Assembly: GCA_041398365.1 (NCBI GenBank)
Contig: JAWKUV010000011.1
Coordinates: forward strand, 18,626-82,625
DNA length: 64,000 nt
Direction of reading: 5' to 3'
Source of the DNA: Hyphomonas sp.
GTDB lineage: Bacteria; Pseudomonadota; Alphaproteobacteria; Caulobacterales; Hyphomonadaceae
The position numbers and the translations under genes were made by a program. The number at the start of each line of letters is the position of its first letter. Position 1 is the first letter of the stretch. The notes beneath the pieces were generated by a model. It was given only the letters and a program-made list of their open reading frames with translations. It was not told the DNA's origin and made no database searches. Positions 1 to 9,299 of this stretch are shown piece by piece.

Positions 1-1179
1 GACCTGACCGGAGACCGGATCGCCTATGCCCGAACCCTTGCTTCTGCCGCGCGCGTGTCGCGCATCGGGGCCGTGCTGCCAGTGGCGGCATTTACCCTCC
101 GGAAGAAAGGAACCCTGAAAATGCGCCTCAATGAAATCCTCGCCGAAGCGCCGCGCCGTCCCCGGCGGACCGGACTGGTCCTCGCTGCCGCGCTTGTCTG
201 CGCCGCCCCGCTCGCCCTCGCGCAGGGCATGCTGATCAAGGGCGCCGCCGCAGTGCCGGGCAGCGACATCGTCTACAGCCATGCCCTGCTGGACAAGGCC
301 ACGCTGACCAGCGCCTTCGGCATGCGCAAGCATCCGATCACGGGCGAGACGGCGCTGCATGGCGGTGTCGATCTCGCCGCCTCCGAAGGCACGCCGATCT
401 ATGCGCCGGCGGATGGTGTCGTCACGATCGCTGAAATGACCGAGGGATATGGCAATCTCGTCGAACTGGTGGCAGGCGGCGAAACCCGGCTGCGCTTCGG
501 ACAGCTCGCCAGCATGGATGTCAAACCGGGCGATGTCGTGAAGCCGGGCGACGTGATCGGAAAGGTTGGCCATAGCGGGGCGGCAACCGGTTCGCACCTT
601 CACTTTGAAGTCGTCCGGGGCGGCGATCAGTACGATCCGCAGGACGAGGTCGGTCTGGTGCTTGCGAGCCGCCTGGTCATCATGTCGAGCTCCGGCGGGA
701 AAGCTCCGCTCGCACCGGCCGCTCCGGAGGCTGTGTCTGCGCCGGCACCGGTGCCCGCCGTTGCACCGGCACCACCCGCACCTCCGGAGCTGTCAGATGC
801 CTGCAAGAAGCTCGATGTCTGGCTGGAGGCTCCGGAAACCTCGGCTGAATGGGCGGCGCGTGAGGCCGCCTCGAAAAAAGCCAACAAGGCAGCCGGGCTC
901 AGCCTGGATGCGAACTGGATTCCGGAGACCGTCTCCCTGCCTGCACCCTACTATCCGGCGGTTGAGGCGACTTCTGGCACAAGCGGTGCCTGCGTCGTGA
1001 TGTTCGATCTCGGTACGGACGGTCTGCCGAAGAACGCGGCGGCGGAGTGCACGAACCCCGCCTTTGCCGAGTCCGCCGCGCAGATGAATGAGGCGAGATT
1101 CAAGCCGGCCACCGGACCGGACGGCAAGCCCGTGGAAGTCAAAGGCATCGTCTATCCGCTGTCTTACTGCGTGGAATAA
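1..1179 (+). CDS. Partial (5' end outside window) fusion: probable M56/BlaR1 tail, M23 peptidase domain and TonB C-terminal-like domain
   Basis: Frame is open from base 1 (DLTGDRIAYARTL...KMRLNEIL, resembling an M56 C-terminus). M23 motifs HGGVD and HLHFEV, a Pro/Ala linker, then a TonB_C-like PAPYYP...CVVMFDLGTDG...FKPA. Confidence 0.7.
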   Translation, partial: DLTGDRIAYARTLASAARVSRIGAVLPVAAFTLRKKGTLKMRLNEILAEAPRRPRRTGLVLAAALVCAAPLALAQGMLIKGAAAVPGSDIVYSHALLDKATLTSAFGMRKHPITGETALHGGVDLAASEGTPIYAPADGVVTIAEMTEGYGNLVELVAGGETRLRFGQLASMDVKPGDVVKPGDVIGKVGHSGAATGSHLHFEVVRGGDQYDPQDEVGLVLASRLVIMSSSGGKAPLAPAAPEAVSAPAPVPAVAPAPPAPPELSDACKKLDVWLEAPETSAEWAAREAASKKANKAAGLSLDANWIPETVSLPAPYYPAVEATSGTSGACVVMFDLGTDGLPKNAAAECTNPAFAESAAQMNEARFKPATGPDGKPVEVKGIVYPLSYCVE

Positions 1180-1240
1180 ATCCGGGGTGGACGGCGCATT
1201 CGTTACATAGTAACGTTTCCATCAAAAGTGGGAGCGCGCC

Positions 1241-2179
1241 GTGAAACCTTTCCTGTATCTCGCAGCCCTGGCCTGTCTGGCCTGCAGCGCCCACGCGGAA
1301 ACAGCCGGGTCTGAACCGGCGGCCTGTCCGGAAGGGCAGGCCGCTTCGCTGGAAGAGATCGCCGCAACGCACAAGGCGATCCTCTATGGCGAATATCACG
1401 GTACGAACGAGATGCCGGCGGCCTTTGCCGATCAGGTCGTCGCGCTGGCCCGGAAGGGGCGGCGGATTGTCGTCGCGCTGGAATATCCGCGCCGCCTGCA
1501 GGGCGACCTCGATGCGGTCATGGCGGCGCCGGACGAGGTGAAGGCACTGGATGCGTTCGCCATGCACCATACAAATGACGGGCGCACGTCCGATGCGATG
1601 CGGAACATGTTGCTGTCCCTGCGGGCGCTGAAGCTGGCGGGAGCGGACATTCAAGTCATCGCCGCGGACTCGGATGCCCAGCCCAGCGAGGCGGACGCGG
1701 CCCGTGCGGCGGCCTTCGACCTGCCGGCGCGGGTGGACCGCAAGCTCGGCCAGCGCGACCTCGACCTGGCTCTGAATGCGAAAGAGGCGTGCGAGGCGGC
1801 CGGGTGCGACCTGATCCTGCTCTATGCCGGGAACGTGCATACCCGGCTCGAAATCATGCAGAGCAGCATGATGAACATGATCTCGGGCGAGCAGACCCCG
1901 TTCTGGACGGCGCCGGCCGGCTATGTCCTCTCGCGCTTCATGCCGACTGCGTCGGTCTACCTGGCGCACAGCGGCGGCACTGCGACGAACCGGACGGAGC
2001 AAGGGATAGGCCTGCGCAAGATCAGTCCCGCCCTGCCGGATTTCGCGATGGAGGATGGACTTTATTACTGCGCAAGCCCGGACTGGCCGGTCAGCCATGT
2101 GCTGAGTGTCGGGGAGATCAGTTCGTCCGCCGACACGCTGGCGCCCCTGCCGGACATGGAGCCGGCGCCGTTCCGCTGA
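1241..2179 (+). CDS. Exported ChaN/EreA-like protein
   Basis: Signal peptide; ILYGEYHGTNE and VALEYP motifs resemble the ChaN/EreA/TraB superfamily. Confidence 0.45.
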   Translation: MKPFLYLAALACLACSAHAETAGSEPAACPEGQAASLEEIAATHKAILYGEYHGTNEMPAAFADQVVALARKGRRIVVALEYPRRLQGDLDAVMAAPDEVKALDAFAMHHTNDGRTSDAMRNMLLSLRALKLAGADIQVIAADSDAQPSEADAARAAAFDLPARVDRKLGQRDLDLALNAKEACEAAGCDLILLYAGNVHTRLEIMQSSMMNMISGEQTPFWTAPAGYVLSRFMPTASVYLAHSGGTATNRTEQGIGLRKISPALPDFAMEDGLYYCASPDWPVSHVLSVGEISSSADTLAPLPDMEPAPFR

Positions 2180-2188
2180 ACGACGGTC

Positions 2189-3124
<936 letters not shown>

Positions 3125-3216
3125 GTCGGCTGTGACCCTGTACTGCCCCGGATGGCGACGCTTTTGTAACAGGACTGGCCGAGTCGCAACCTCAGTCTGC
3201 CACTCACTGCAAAGAT

Positions 3217-3999
3217 TTACGGGCGGAGCACAATGACTGAGGCATTTCGGCCATAGTCGGCTTCGCCGCGATGGTTGCGGCGTCGGTTGGAATAGTAACC
3301 GTCTTCCAGCGCGCACGTATCGAGGGCGAGATCGCTCACATGGCCAAGGCCCATGGCGGCGAGGCTCGCGCGGCAATAGCCGGGCAGGTCGAAATGGAAC
3401 CGGTCGCCCTTGCCGGGGATAAAGAGGTGCTCACTCGCAGGGGAGGCTTCGAGGAAGGTGTCGCGCAGGTCCGGGCCGACTTCGTAGCTCGCCTGGGAGA
3501 TGGTCGGTCCTATGGCGGCGCGGATGCGGCCGGGGCTGGCACCGAGTTCGGTCATCGAGGCGACGGTGGATTCGAGCACGCCGCCGAGCGCACCTTTCCA
3601 GCCGGCATGGGCTGCGCCGATCACACCGGCGGTGGCATCGGCGAAGAGGACGGGCGTGCAGTCGGCCGTGAGGATGCAGAGCGCCAGGCCCGGCACGTCC
3701 GTCACCATTCCATCGGCCTGCGGGCGCTCGTCGTTCCATGCCTCGGTGACGTGCACGACAATATCGGAATGGATCTGGTGACAGGAGAGGAGGACGTCGG
3801 CGCCCATCGCGGTCCGGATAAGTTCCCGGTTCCTGGAGACGGCCGCCGGATCGTCGCCAGATCCCGGCCCGGCATTCAGGCTGGCATAGAGACCGGTCGA
3901 GACCCCGCCCTTGCGGCCGAAGAAGCCGTGGCCGATGCCTTTAAGGCCGGAAAGACCGGGCGAAGTTTCATAAGGGGGCGAGGCAGCATCCATAGGCAT
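3217..3999 (-). CDS. pgeF: PgeF/YfiH family protein
   Basis: [30 protein letters not shown] motifs. Confidence 0.92.
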   Translation of the reverse strand: MPMDAASPPYETSPGLSGLKGIGHGFFGRKGGVSTGLYASLNAGPGSGDDPAAVSRNRELIRTAMGADVLLSCHQIHSDIVVHVTEAWNDERPQADGMVTDVPGLALCILTADCTPVLFADATAGVIGAAHAGWKGALGGVLESTVASMTELGASPGRIRAAIGPTISQASYEVGPDLRDTFLEASPASEHLFIPGKGDRFHFDLPGYCRASLAAMGLGHVSDLALDTCALEDGYYSNRRRNHRGEADYGRNASVIVLRP

Positions 4000-4029
4000 G
4001 GCCTGAGGCGCCCCGGGCCGGCTGTCAAG

Positions 4030-4980
4030 TTAAGGGCTGGACGGGGTTGCCGGCGGAACGGCGCGCACCGGGACCGGCAGGATGCAGATATCCACCACTT
4101 TGGGCGGGGTGACAGGGAAGGCGGCGATGGCGGAATAGTCCCGCTTGCTGTGTTTCAGGCTCTCCCAGTCCGGGCTCGGCGTCTCCATCACCTCATAGGC
4201 GGGGCGCTCGCCTTCCGGCAGGTCGGCGGCGACCCTGGCCGAGACGATCATGTTCGGGTCGAGTTTCGAACGGCGGTATTGTGCCATCTGATAGGCGAGG
4301 GGCGCATCGTCTCCGAACAGGGCGGCGGTCTCCTCCTCGTCGAAGGGCTGGACCCGGGCGAGGCGGTTGACCACGTCCATGCCGTCGATAACGCGTCCGA
4401 CGACCGTATAGTTGCGGTCGAGATAGCGCCGCGGCAGCAGCGGGATGTAGAATTCCGCAACGGCCGTATCGGGATCATCGTCGCGCGCCATGCCGACCGC
4501 TCCCGGACAATTGAGCAGCCATTCCTGATCGCCTGCGCGGCCGGCGGCGAAGCCCTTTCGGTGGCCGACCTCGCCCGCATAGAGGTCGGCGCTGCCGAGC
4601 GGGTCGAAACCGTCGGCGCCGATGGTACGTTCTGCCTCCAGCGGGACGCGGGGTGCGCCTTCGAGCAGTTGGTCGAATTCCTTGCCGGCCTGCGCCACAT
4701 GGGTCTCGACCACGCGATAGAAAAATTCCCCGTCATAATAGCCCGTGCGCGCCGCCGTGCGGAGCGCCCCGGCATTGGCAGGGGCGGCTTCCGGGAAAAG
4801 CTCGATGGCGATCGTGCGGGATACGCCTGCATCGTCTTCGCCCATGTCGAAAAGAAGGAGGTTCTCCGGATCGACCGGCCGCCAGACCGATGGCGCCTCC
4901 GGCGGGACGGCAGGCGCTTCGGCAGGGGCCGACTGACAGGCGGCGATCAGGGCGAAGGCGGGAACGAGGCGTTTCAGCAT
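4030..4980 (-). CDS. Cyclophilin-type peptidyl-prolyl isomerase, lipoprotein
   Basis: Lipobox LIAAC; YDGEFFYRVV..VAQAG, GAVGMAR, LDRNYTVVGRVIDGMDVV. Confidence 0.85.
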   Translation of the reverse strand: MLKRLVPAFALIAACQSAPAEAPAVPPEAPSVWRPVDPENLLLFDMGEDDAGVSRTIAIELFPEAAPANAGALRTAARTGYYDGEFFYRVVETHVAQAGKEFDQLLEGAPRVPLEAERTIGADGFDPLGSADLYAGEVGHRKGFAAGRAGDQEWLLNCPGAVGMARDDDPDTAVAEFYIPLLPRRYLDRNYTVVGRVIDGMDVVNRLARVQPFDEEETAALFGDDAPLAYQMAQYRRSKLDPNMIVSARVAADLPEGERPAYEVMETPSPDWESLKHSKRDYSAIAAFPVTPPKVVDICILPVPVRAVPPATPSSP

Positions 4981-5073
4981 GAGCGCAGTGTTGGCGGGGA
5001 AGGGCCACTGAGGCAAGGGCCGTTAAAGTGACCTTTGAGTTGTCCCGGCGGTGGGACGAGCTAGGATCGCCCA

Positions 5074-5571
5074 ATGATCCGGATCGACCTTTCCCGCCCG
5101 CCCTTGCCAGACACGCCAATCAGAGGCGGCTGCCATTGCGGCGCCGTGCGCTATGAAATCACCGCCCGGCCGCTGGCGGTGAATGCGTGCCATTGCGGAG
5201 ATTGCAAACGGCTCGCCGGAGGGCCCTTCGGCGTCTACCTGCATGTGCCGAAGGCGGCGCTCGGCATTTCATCGGGAAAATTCGACGTGTTCCGGCGCAA
5301 GGGCGGCAGCGGCAACATGATCCCGATCGAGCGGTGTACGGAGTGCGGCGCGCGGATGTGGCACCTGCCGGAGGCCGCGCCGGATCTCGTCATTCTCTGT
5401 GCGGGCACGCTCGACGATCCGTCCTGGGCGGTGCCGACCTCTCACATCTTCGTCGAAGAGGCAGCGCCGGATGCCGTTGCCGCGAGCGATGCCCTCGTCA
5501 TCGAAGCCTTCAAATCCACCCGCCAGGCCCTGTGGGACCGTTTCGCGGAGATCTACGGCCCGGCCAGCTGA
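5074..5571 (+). CDS. GFA family protein
   Basis: GGCHCGAVRY, CHCGDCKR and CTECG Cys pattern. Confidence 0.9.
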   Translation: MIRIDLSRPPLPDTPIRGGCHCGAVRYEITARPLAVNACHCGDCKRLAGGPFGVYLHVPKAALGISSGKFDVFRRKGGSGNMIPIERCTECGARMWHLPEAAPDLVILCAGTLDDPSWAVPTSHIFVEEAAPDAVAASDALVIEAFKSTRQALWDRFAEIYGPAS

Positions 5572-6014
5572 GCAAGGCGCGCGAGCTGTGTGCGCCAGTG
5601 CGTCGCGAGGTGCATCTGCGTATTCTGAAGAGGAAAACCGTGGCGGGCGACATGGTCCTGCGGGATCGTGTCCCAGCCGCGATGTTCGACCGTGATGCGG
5701 GTTTCTACGCCGGCGCGTTCGAAGCGGATATCGACTTCAGTTACCTGATCCGGCGTGAACGTGGCCTGGCGCCATGAGAAGGCGAGGCGCTCGCCGCGCA
5801 GCCAGACATGGACACGGCCGATCTCGAACACCTTGCCGTTCGGAAGGGTGGTGACAAGGCGCGCCCGGTCTTCGAAGCTGAGCGTTCCGTCGCCTCGGGG
5901 GGTGATCTGGAACAGGGCGCCGGGGCGCCACCAGGTGCCGATCTCGCCGGTAAAAATGTCGAACGTCTCTTCCGGCGTCGCGGCAACGCGCAGGGAGATG
6001 ATGACGGCGCTCAT
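5553..6014 (-). CDS. SRPBCC/AHSA1 domain protein
   Basis: ATPEETFDIFT..IGTWW, RLAFSW, TRITVEHRGW; ATG at 6014 overlaps the ArsR stop. Confidence 0.85.
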   Translation of the reverse strand: MSAVIISLRVAATPEETFDIFTGEIGTWWRPGALFQITPRGDGTLSFEDRARLVTTLPNGKVFEIGRVHVWLRGERLAFSWRQATFTPDQVTEVDIRFERAGVETRITVEHRGWDTIPQDHVARHGFPLQNTQMHLATHWRTQLARLAQLAGP

Positions 6015-6346
6015 TTGCGGCGGCGCTCGACATGTGTCCTGAAGGCCGAAAGCTGGTCTGCCCACAAGGCTTCGGTCTGGGCCAGCCATTGCTTCATTGT
6101 ATCCATGGCGCCGGTCTTCAGCGTGTAGATGCGGACGCGGGCGTCGAAGTCCGGATGCGCTTCTTCCACGAGTCCGCTTTCCTTCAGCACACGGAGATGG
6201 CGGCTCATGGCCGGGGCGGCGAGACCGAGCGCATCGGCAAGCTCCCCGGCCCGGCGCGGCGACTGGCCGAGCAGTTCCACAGCCCGCCGCCGGACCGGAT
6301 CGGCGAGGGCGGCAAGCGTGGTGTCGATGTCGGGCTGCGCGCTCAA
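6011..6346 (-). CDS. ArsR/SmtB family transcriptional regulator
   Basis: ALADPVRRRAVELL...AMSRHLRVLKESGLV; probable TTG start overlapping the upstream stop codon. Confidence 0.9.
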   Translation of the reverse strand: MSAQPDIDTTLAALADPVRRRAVELLGQSPRRAGELADALGLAAPAMSRHLRVLKESGLVEEAHPDFDARVRIYTLKTGAMDTMKQWLAQTEALWADQLSAFRTHVERRRK

Positions 6347-6816
6347 AGCGAGGTCTGCGTGCGCACTGCGCCGCCGGAGGCTGCGTCCCATTCCTCGGGC
6401 GACTTCATTTCGACCGTGACGCCGAAGGTCCAGATATGTCCTTCCGGGTCGCGGGCGCGGAACGTCCGGTCGCCGTAGAACTGGGTGTCCGGCTCCTGCA
6501 GGATGTCGGCCCCGGCCTTACGGGCACGTTCGCAGAGGGCATCCACGCTCTCGCCGGGATCCAGCTGGACGTGCACGGTCTGGGTGTTCTTGCCGTTCAG
6601 GTTCTTGGGGCTGCGATGATCGTCCGACCATTCATTGCCGATCATCACCACGCTGTGGCCGAAGGTCATTTCGGAATGGGCGATATTGTCGTTCTCGTCG
6701 AGGATCACGAACAGGGGCTCGAAGCCGAAGGCATCCTCCAGCCATTTGAAGGCGGCTTTCGGGTCGACATAGCAGATGGCGCTGGAGAGGCCTTTGGGTC
6801 GGTGCACGTCGGTCAT
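6343..6816 (-). CDS. VOC/glyoxalase family protein
   Basis: AFKWLEDAFGF, PDTQFYGDRTFRARDPEGHIWTF. Confidence 0.9.
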   Translation of the reverse strand: MTDVHRPKGLSSAICYVDPKAAFKWLEDAFGFEPLFVILDENDNIAHSEMTFGHSVVMIGNEWSDDHRSPKNLNGKNTQTVHVQLDPGESVDALCERARKAGADILQEPDTQFYGDRTFRARDPEGHIWTFGVTVEMKSPEEWDAASGGAVRTQTSL

Positions 6817-6840
6817 GGCTTTTCCTTCCGAATATGTAGA

Positions 6841-6872
6841 ATATTTCTATAATATCGAAAATAAATAGTCAA
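6841..6872 (-). promoter_or_regulatory. AT-rich promoter / probable ArsR operator of the VOC-ArsR-SRPBCC operon
   Basis: Imperfect inverted repeat TATTTC...GAAAATA and a TTGACT -35-like hexamer on the minus strand just upstream of the operon. Confidence 0.4.
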
Positions 6873-6876
6873 ACGG

Positions 6877-6911
6877 AAAGCAGGCCGGGAAGGGGCATCC
6901 CTCCCGGCCTG
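6877..6911 (-). terminator. Probable intrinsic terminator after the TM2 gene
   Basis: Stem CAGGCCGGGA/TCCCGGCCTG followed by CTTT on the minus strand. Confidence 0.5.
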
Positions 6912-6934
6912 GCTGTTCGGTGCCGGAGCCGGCC

Positions 6935-7228
6935 TCAGTAGGCGTAGTTGCGGTAGCGCAAGTGGCTGGCGAGGCGGGCGCGCTTCTCGTCGAGATCGTC
7001 CTCGATGATCGAGGGGATCAGGAAGAAGTCGAGGAACCACCAGACGAAGCCCACAAGGATGAAATAGGAGAGAATCTGCAGGATCGCGCTAACCGGCTTG
7101 CCCAGATAGAAACGGTGGGCCGAGACGAAACCGAGGAAGAACCAGAGCAGGTAGGCGGCGCCGGCGCTTTTCTTCTCGTTCGCAACGCGCTGTTCCACAT
7201 AGATCATGTCATTGGTCGAAAGGCTCAT
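6935..7228 (-). CDS. TM2 domain membrane protein
   Basis: KKSAGAAYLLWFFLGFVSAHRFYLG signature. Confidence 0.9.
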   Translation of the reverse strand: MSLSTNDMIYVEQRVANEKKSAGAAYLLWFFLGFVSAHRFYLGKPVSAILQILSYFILVGFVWWFLDFFLIPSIIEDDLDEKRARLASHLRYRNYAY

Positions 7229-7385
7229 GGCCCGGTCTCCTTATTATCGAATAACAATATATGCCTTTCCCGGCGGATTTCCAGAGGTGAAAGGACCGGG
7301 GACGAAATTTTCTTGGCAGGGCGCGGTTTCGGGCGTTTCTGGCCTGACCGGAAAACGGTCCGCCGATACGGGGAGGAACCTGGCA

Positions 7386-7649
7386 ATGCGAAACCGGAAC
7401 TGTCTCAACTCCGCACTCCTGGGCCTTGGGTGCGCCCTGGCTGCCGCCTGTACGAGCGCGCCTGCGCCGGCTGCAGAGAGCACGGCCGTCGCGAAAGGCT
7501 ACATCCTCGCCGAAATACAGGTGACGGACCCGGAGCCGTACAAGGAATACCTTGCGGAGGTCACGCCCATGGTTGCGGCGTTTGGCGGAGCCTACATCGT
7601 GCGGGCAGGGCAGGCGGAAGCCCGCGAAGGGACCGCGCCTCCGAACTAG
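7386..7649 (+). pseudogene. Truncated DUF1330 lipoprotein
   Basis: GYILAEIQVTDPEPYKEYL..FGGAYIVRAG..EG matches the N-half of DUF1330; it stops before the usual VVIEFPS...WY..EYQ half. Confidence 0.55.
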
Positions 7650-7705
7650 CGGCGGGCGCAGGGCGCGTCTTCCTTTCGGCGCGGCGGCCTGCTAAGCGCC
7701 GCGGC

Positions 7706-8563
7706 ATGTACCAGATTTCGGCAAGAGGCGCGCGGGCGCCGGTAGAAGCGGCATGGGACGCCCTGGCATGGGCCGATCCCTCGCCTGCGGGCGCAGTGGA
7801 CTGCAAGGAGGACGGCCGCGGCATCTGGCGGCTCGACGCCTTCTCGGAGTCGCTGGAAGACGCCGAGGCCTGCGTGGCGATCATTGCCGAGACCAGCCCG
7901 GAACTCACCGCCCGGATCGAGGAAGTGGTCGAGCGCGACTGGGTGACCATGTCGCTGGAAGGCCTGCCGCCGGTTGCGGCCGGGCCGTTCTTCGTGGCGG
8001 GCAGCCATGCGCTGGCCAAGAAGGCGCCCGGCAAGATCGCGGTCCTGATCGAAGCGGGCCCCGCCTTCGGCACCGGCCATCACGGCACGACGCTCGGCTG
8101 CCTCCTGGCGCTGGACGAAGTCCGCCGCCGCCGGGCCGTGGGCAGGGTGCTGGACCTCGGCACGGGTTCGGGCGTGCTGGCGATCGCGGCGATGAAGGCC
8201 GGCGGTACGATGGCGCTCGGCACGGATATCGACTTCGACAGCGTCGGCGTCGCCAACGAGAATGCCGCGAAGAACAATGTCACCGGCTTCACGGCCCTGC
8301 ATGTGACGGGGGCGAACAATCCGCGCATCCGCCGCGCGGCGCCCTTTGACACCGTGTTCGCAAATATCCTGATGCGGCCGCTGATCGGTCTCGCGCCGGA
8401 AATCGCCCGGCTGACGGCGCCCGGCGGCACGATCATCCTGTCGGGCCTCCTGCACCATCAGGCCGGCCAGGTGCGCCAGGCCTTCGAGGGCCACGGCATC
8501 CTGTTCCAGCGCCGCATCCGCAAGGATGGCTGGTCGACGCTGGTGATGAAACAGCCGGGCTGA
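7706..8563 (+). CDS. prmA: Ribosomal protein L11 methyltransferase
   Basis: IEAGPAFGTGHHGTT, VLDLGTGSGVLAIAA, ANIL; ATG at 7706. Confidence 0.93.
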   Translation: MYQISARGARAPVEAAWDALAWADPSPAGAVDCKEDGRGIWRLDAFSESLEDAEACVAIIAETSPELTARIEEVVERDWVTMSLEGLPPVAAGPFFVAGSHALAKKAPGKIAVLIEAGPAFGTGHHGTTLGCLLALDEVRRRRAVGRVLDLGTGSGVLAIAAMKAGGTMALGTDIDFDSVGVANENAAKNNVTGFTALHVTGANNPRIRRAAPFDTVFANILMRPLIGLAPEIARLTAPGGTIILSGLLHHQAGQVRQAFEGHGILFQRRIRKDGWSTLVMKQPG

Positions 8564-8566
8564 TCC

Positions 8567-8737
8567 TCAGGCGTGCGCGTTGCGCCGGGCCCAGCGGTGG
8601 CCGCGGTGTTCCAGAAGGTGCAGCCGCTGGGGAGGGGATTCGTCCGTCTTCTCGATCTTCGGCGGGACCGCCCTGCGCTCAGCCTTGCTGTCGCGGCTCT
8701 TGCCTGTGTCGCGCGGGGAATTCGGATCGTTTTTCAT
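8567..8737 (-). CDS. Small hypothetical protein (56 aa) ending RWARRNAHA
   Basis: GGGAG RBS before ATG 8737; shares its C-terminal motif with 8919-9110. Confidence 0.6.
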   Translation of the reverse strand: MKNDPNSPRDTGKSRDSKAERRAVPPKIEKTDESPPQRLHLLEHRGHRWARRNAHA

Positions 8738-8756
8738 TGTCTGGCTCCCTTTGAGA

Positions 8757-8791
8757 GCCGGACGTTCCGTGCGCCGCACATAACGTCCGGC
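8757..8791 (-). other. 5' leader hairpin, copy 1
   Basis: G-CCGG-ACGTT-AT-GTGC-GGC-GCAC-GG-AACGT-CCGG-C on the minus strand; TGGACG-N17-CATACT promoter-like motif at 8800-8828. Confidence 0.6.
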
Positions 8792-8846
8792 ATGAAAACA
8801 GTATGAACCTCGCCGCGGGCAGCGTCCATGACGCTCCGATTGAAAC

Positions 8847-8882
8847 AAAAAAAGCCCGCCGCTTCCGGGGGGAAGGGCGGGC
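8847..8882 (-). terminator. Intrinsic terminator after small ORF 8919-9110
   Basis: GC-rich stem GCCCGCCCTTCC-CCCC-GGAAGCGGCGGGC followed by T7 on the minus strand. Confidence 0.8.
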
Positions 8883-8918
8883 CATCCTTGGGACCGGCCG
8901 TCAGGGCCGGGGACGCGA

Positions 8919-9110
8919 TCAGGCGGCGTGGGTCGCGCGGCGGGCCCAGCGGGCCATGCGGCGGGCCAGGATACGCGGACGGTTCACCGGCATCTGCACG
9001 GATTCGCCGGCGATGATCGCGCGGGTGATTTCATTGACTTCCGGGCCACGGCCGGCGGCAGGCGTCGCCTGCGCTTCAGGACGGGTGGAGGTCGCGAGGT
9101 CGGTATACAT
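8919..9110 (-). CDS. Small hypothetical protein (63 aa) ending RWARRATHAA
   Basis: ATG ORF with its own terminator; C-terminal motif shared with 8567-8737. Confidence 0.65.
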   Translation of the reverse strand: MYTDLATSTRPEAQATPAAGRGPEVNEITRAIIAGESVQMPVNRPRILARRMARWARRATHAA

Positions 9111-9143
9111 AGGTTTGCTTTCTTATATTCTTGCGTTTGTCCC

Positions 9144-9177
9144 CCGGTTCGGCCGTGCCGGTGCACGCCCGAACCGG
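9144..9177 (-). other. 5' leader hairpin, copy 2
   Basis: CCGG-TTCGG-GC-GTGC-ACCG-GCAC-GG-CCGAA-CCGG on the minus strand; CCTATAT -10-like element at 9187-9193. Confidence 0.6.
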
Positions 9178-9299
9178 AGGCGGCGCATATAGGCGCGGGG
9201 GGTAAACAAAAAAGACCGTAAAACCGGCAAATTTCATGCGCAGATGCATGGCTCAAATGCGCTTTCCACGGGTCGGACAGGGCGGTAAGACTCTAGGCC

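Noticed and set aside
6920-7705. Long N-terminal extension of PrmA (547-aa ORF)
   Set aside because: Overlaps the TM2 gene antisense and the DUF1330 gene; PrmA similarity starts near ATG 7706.
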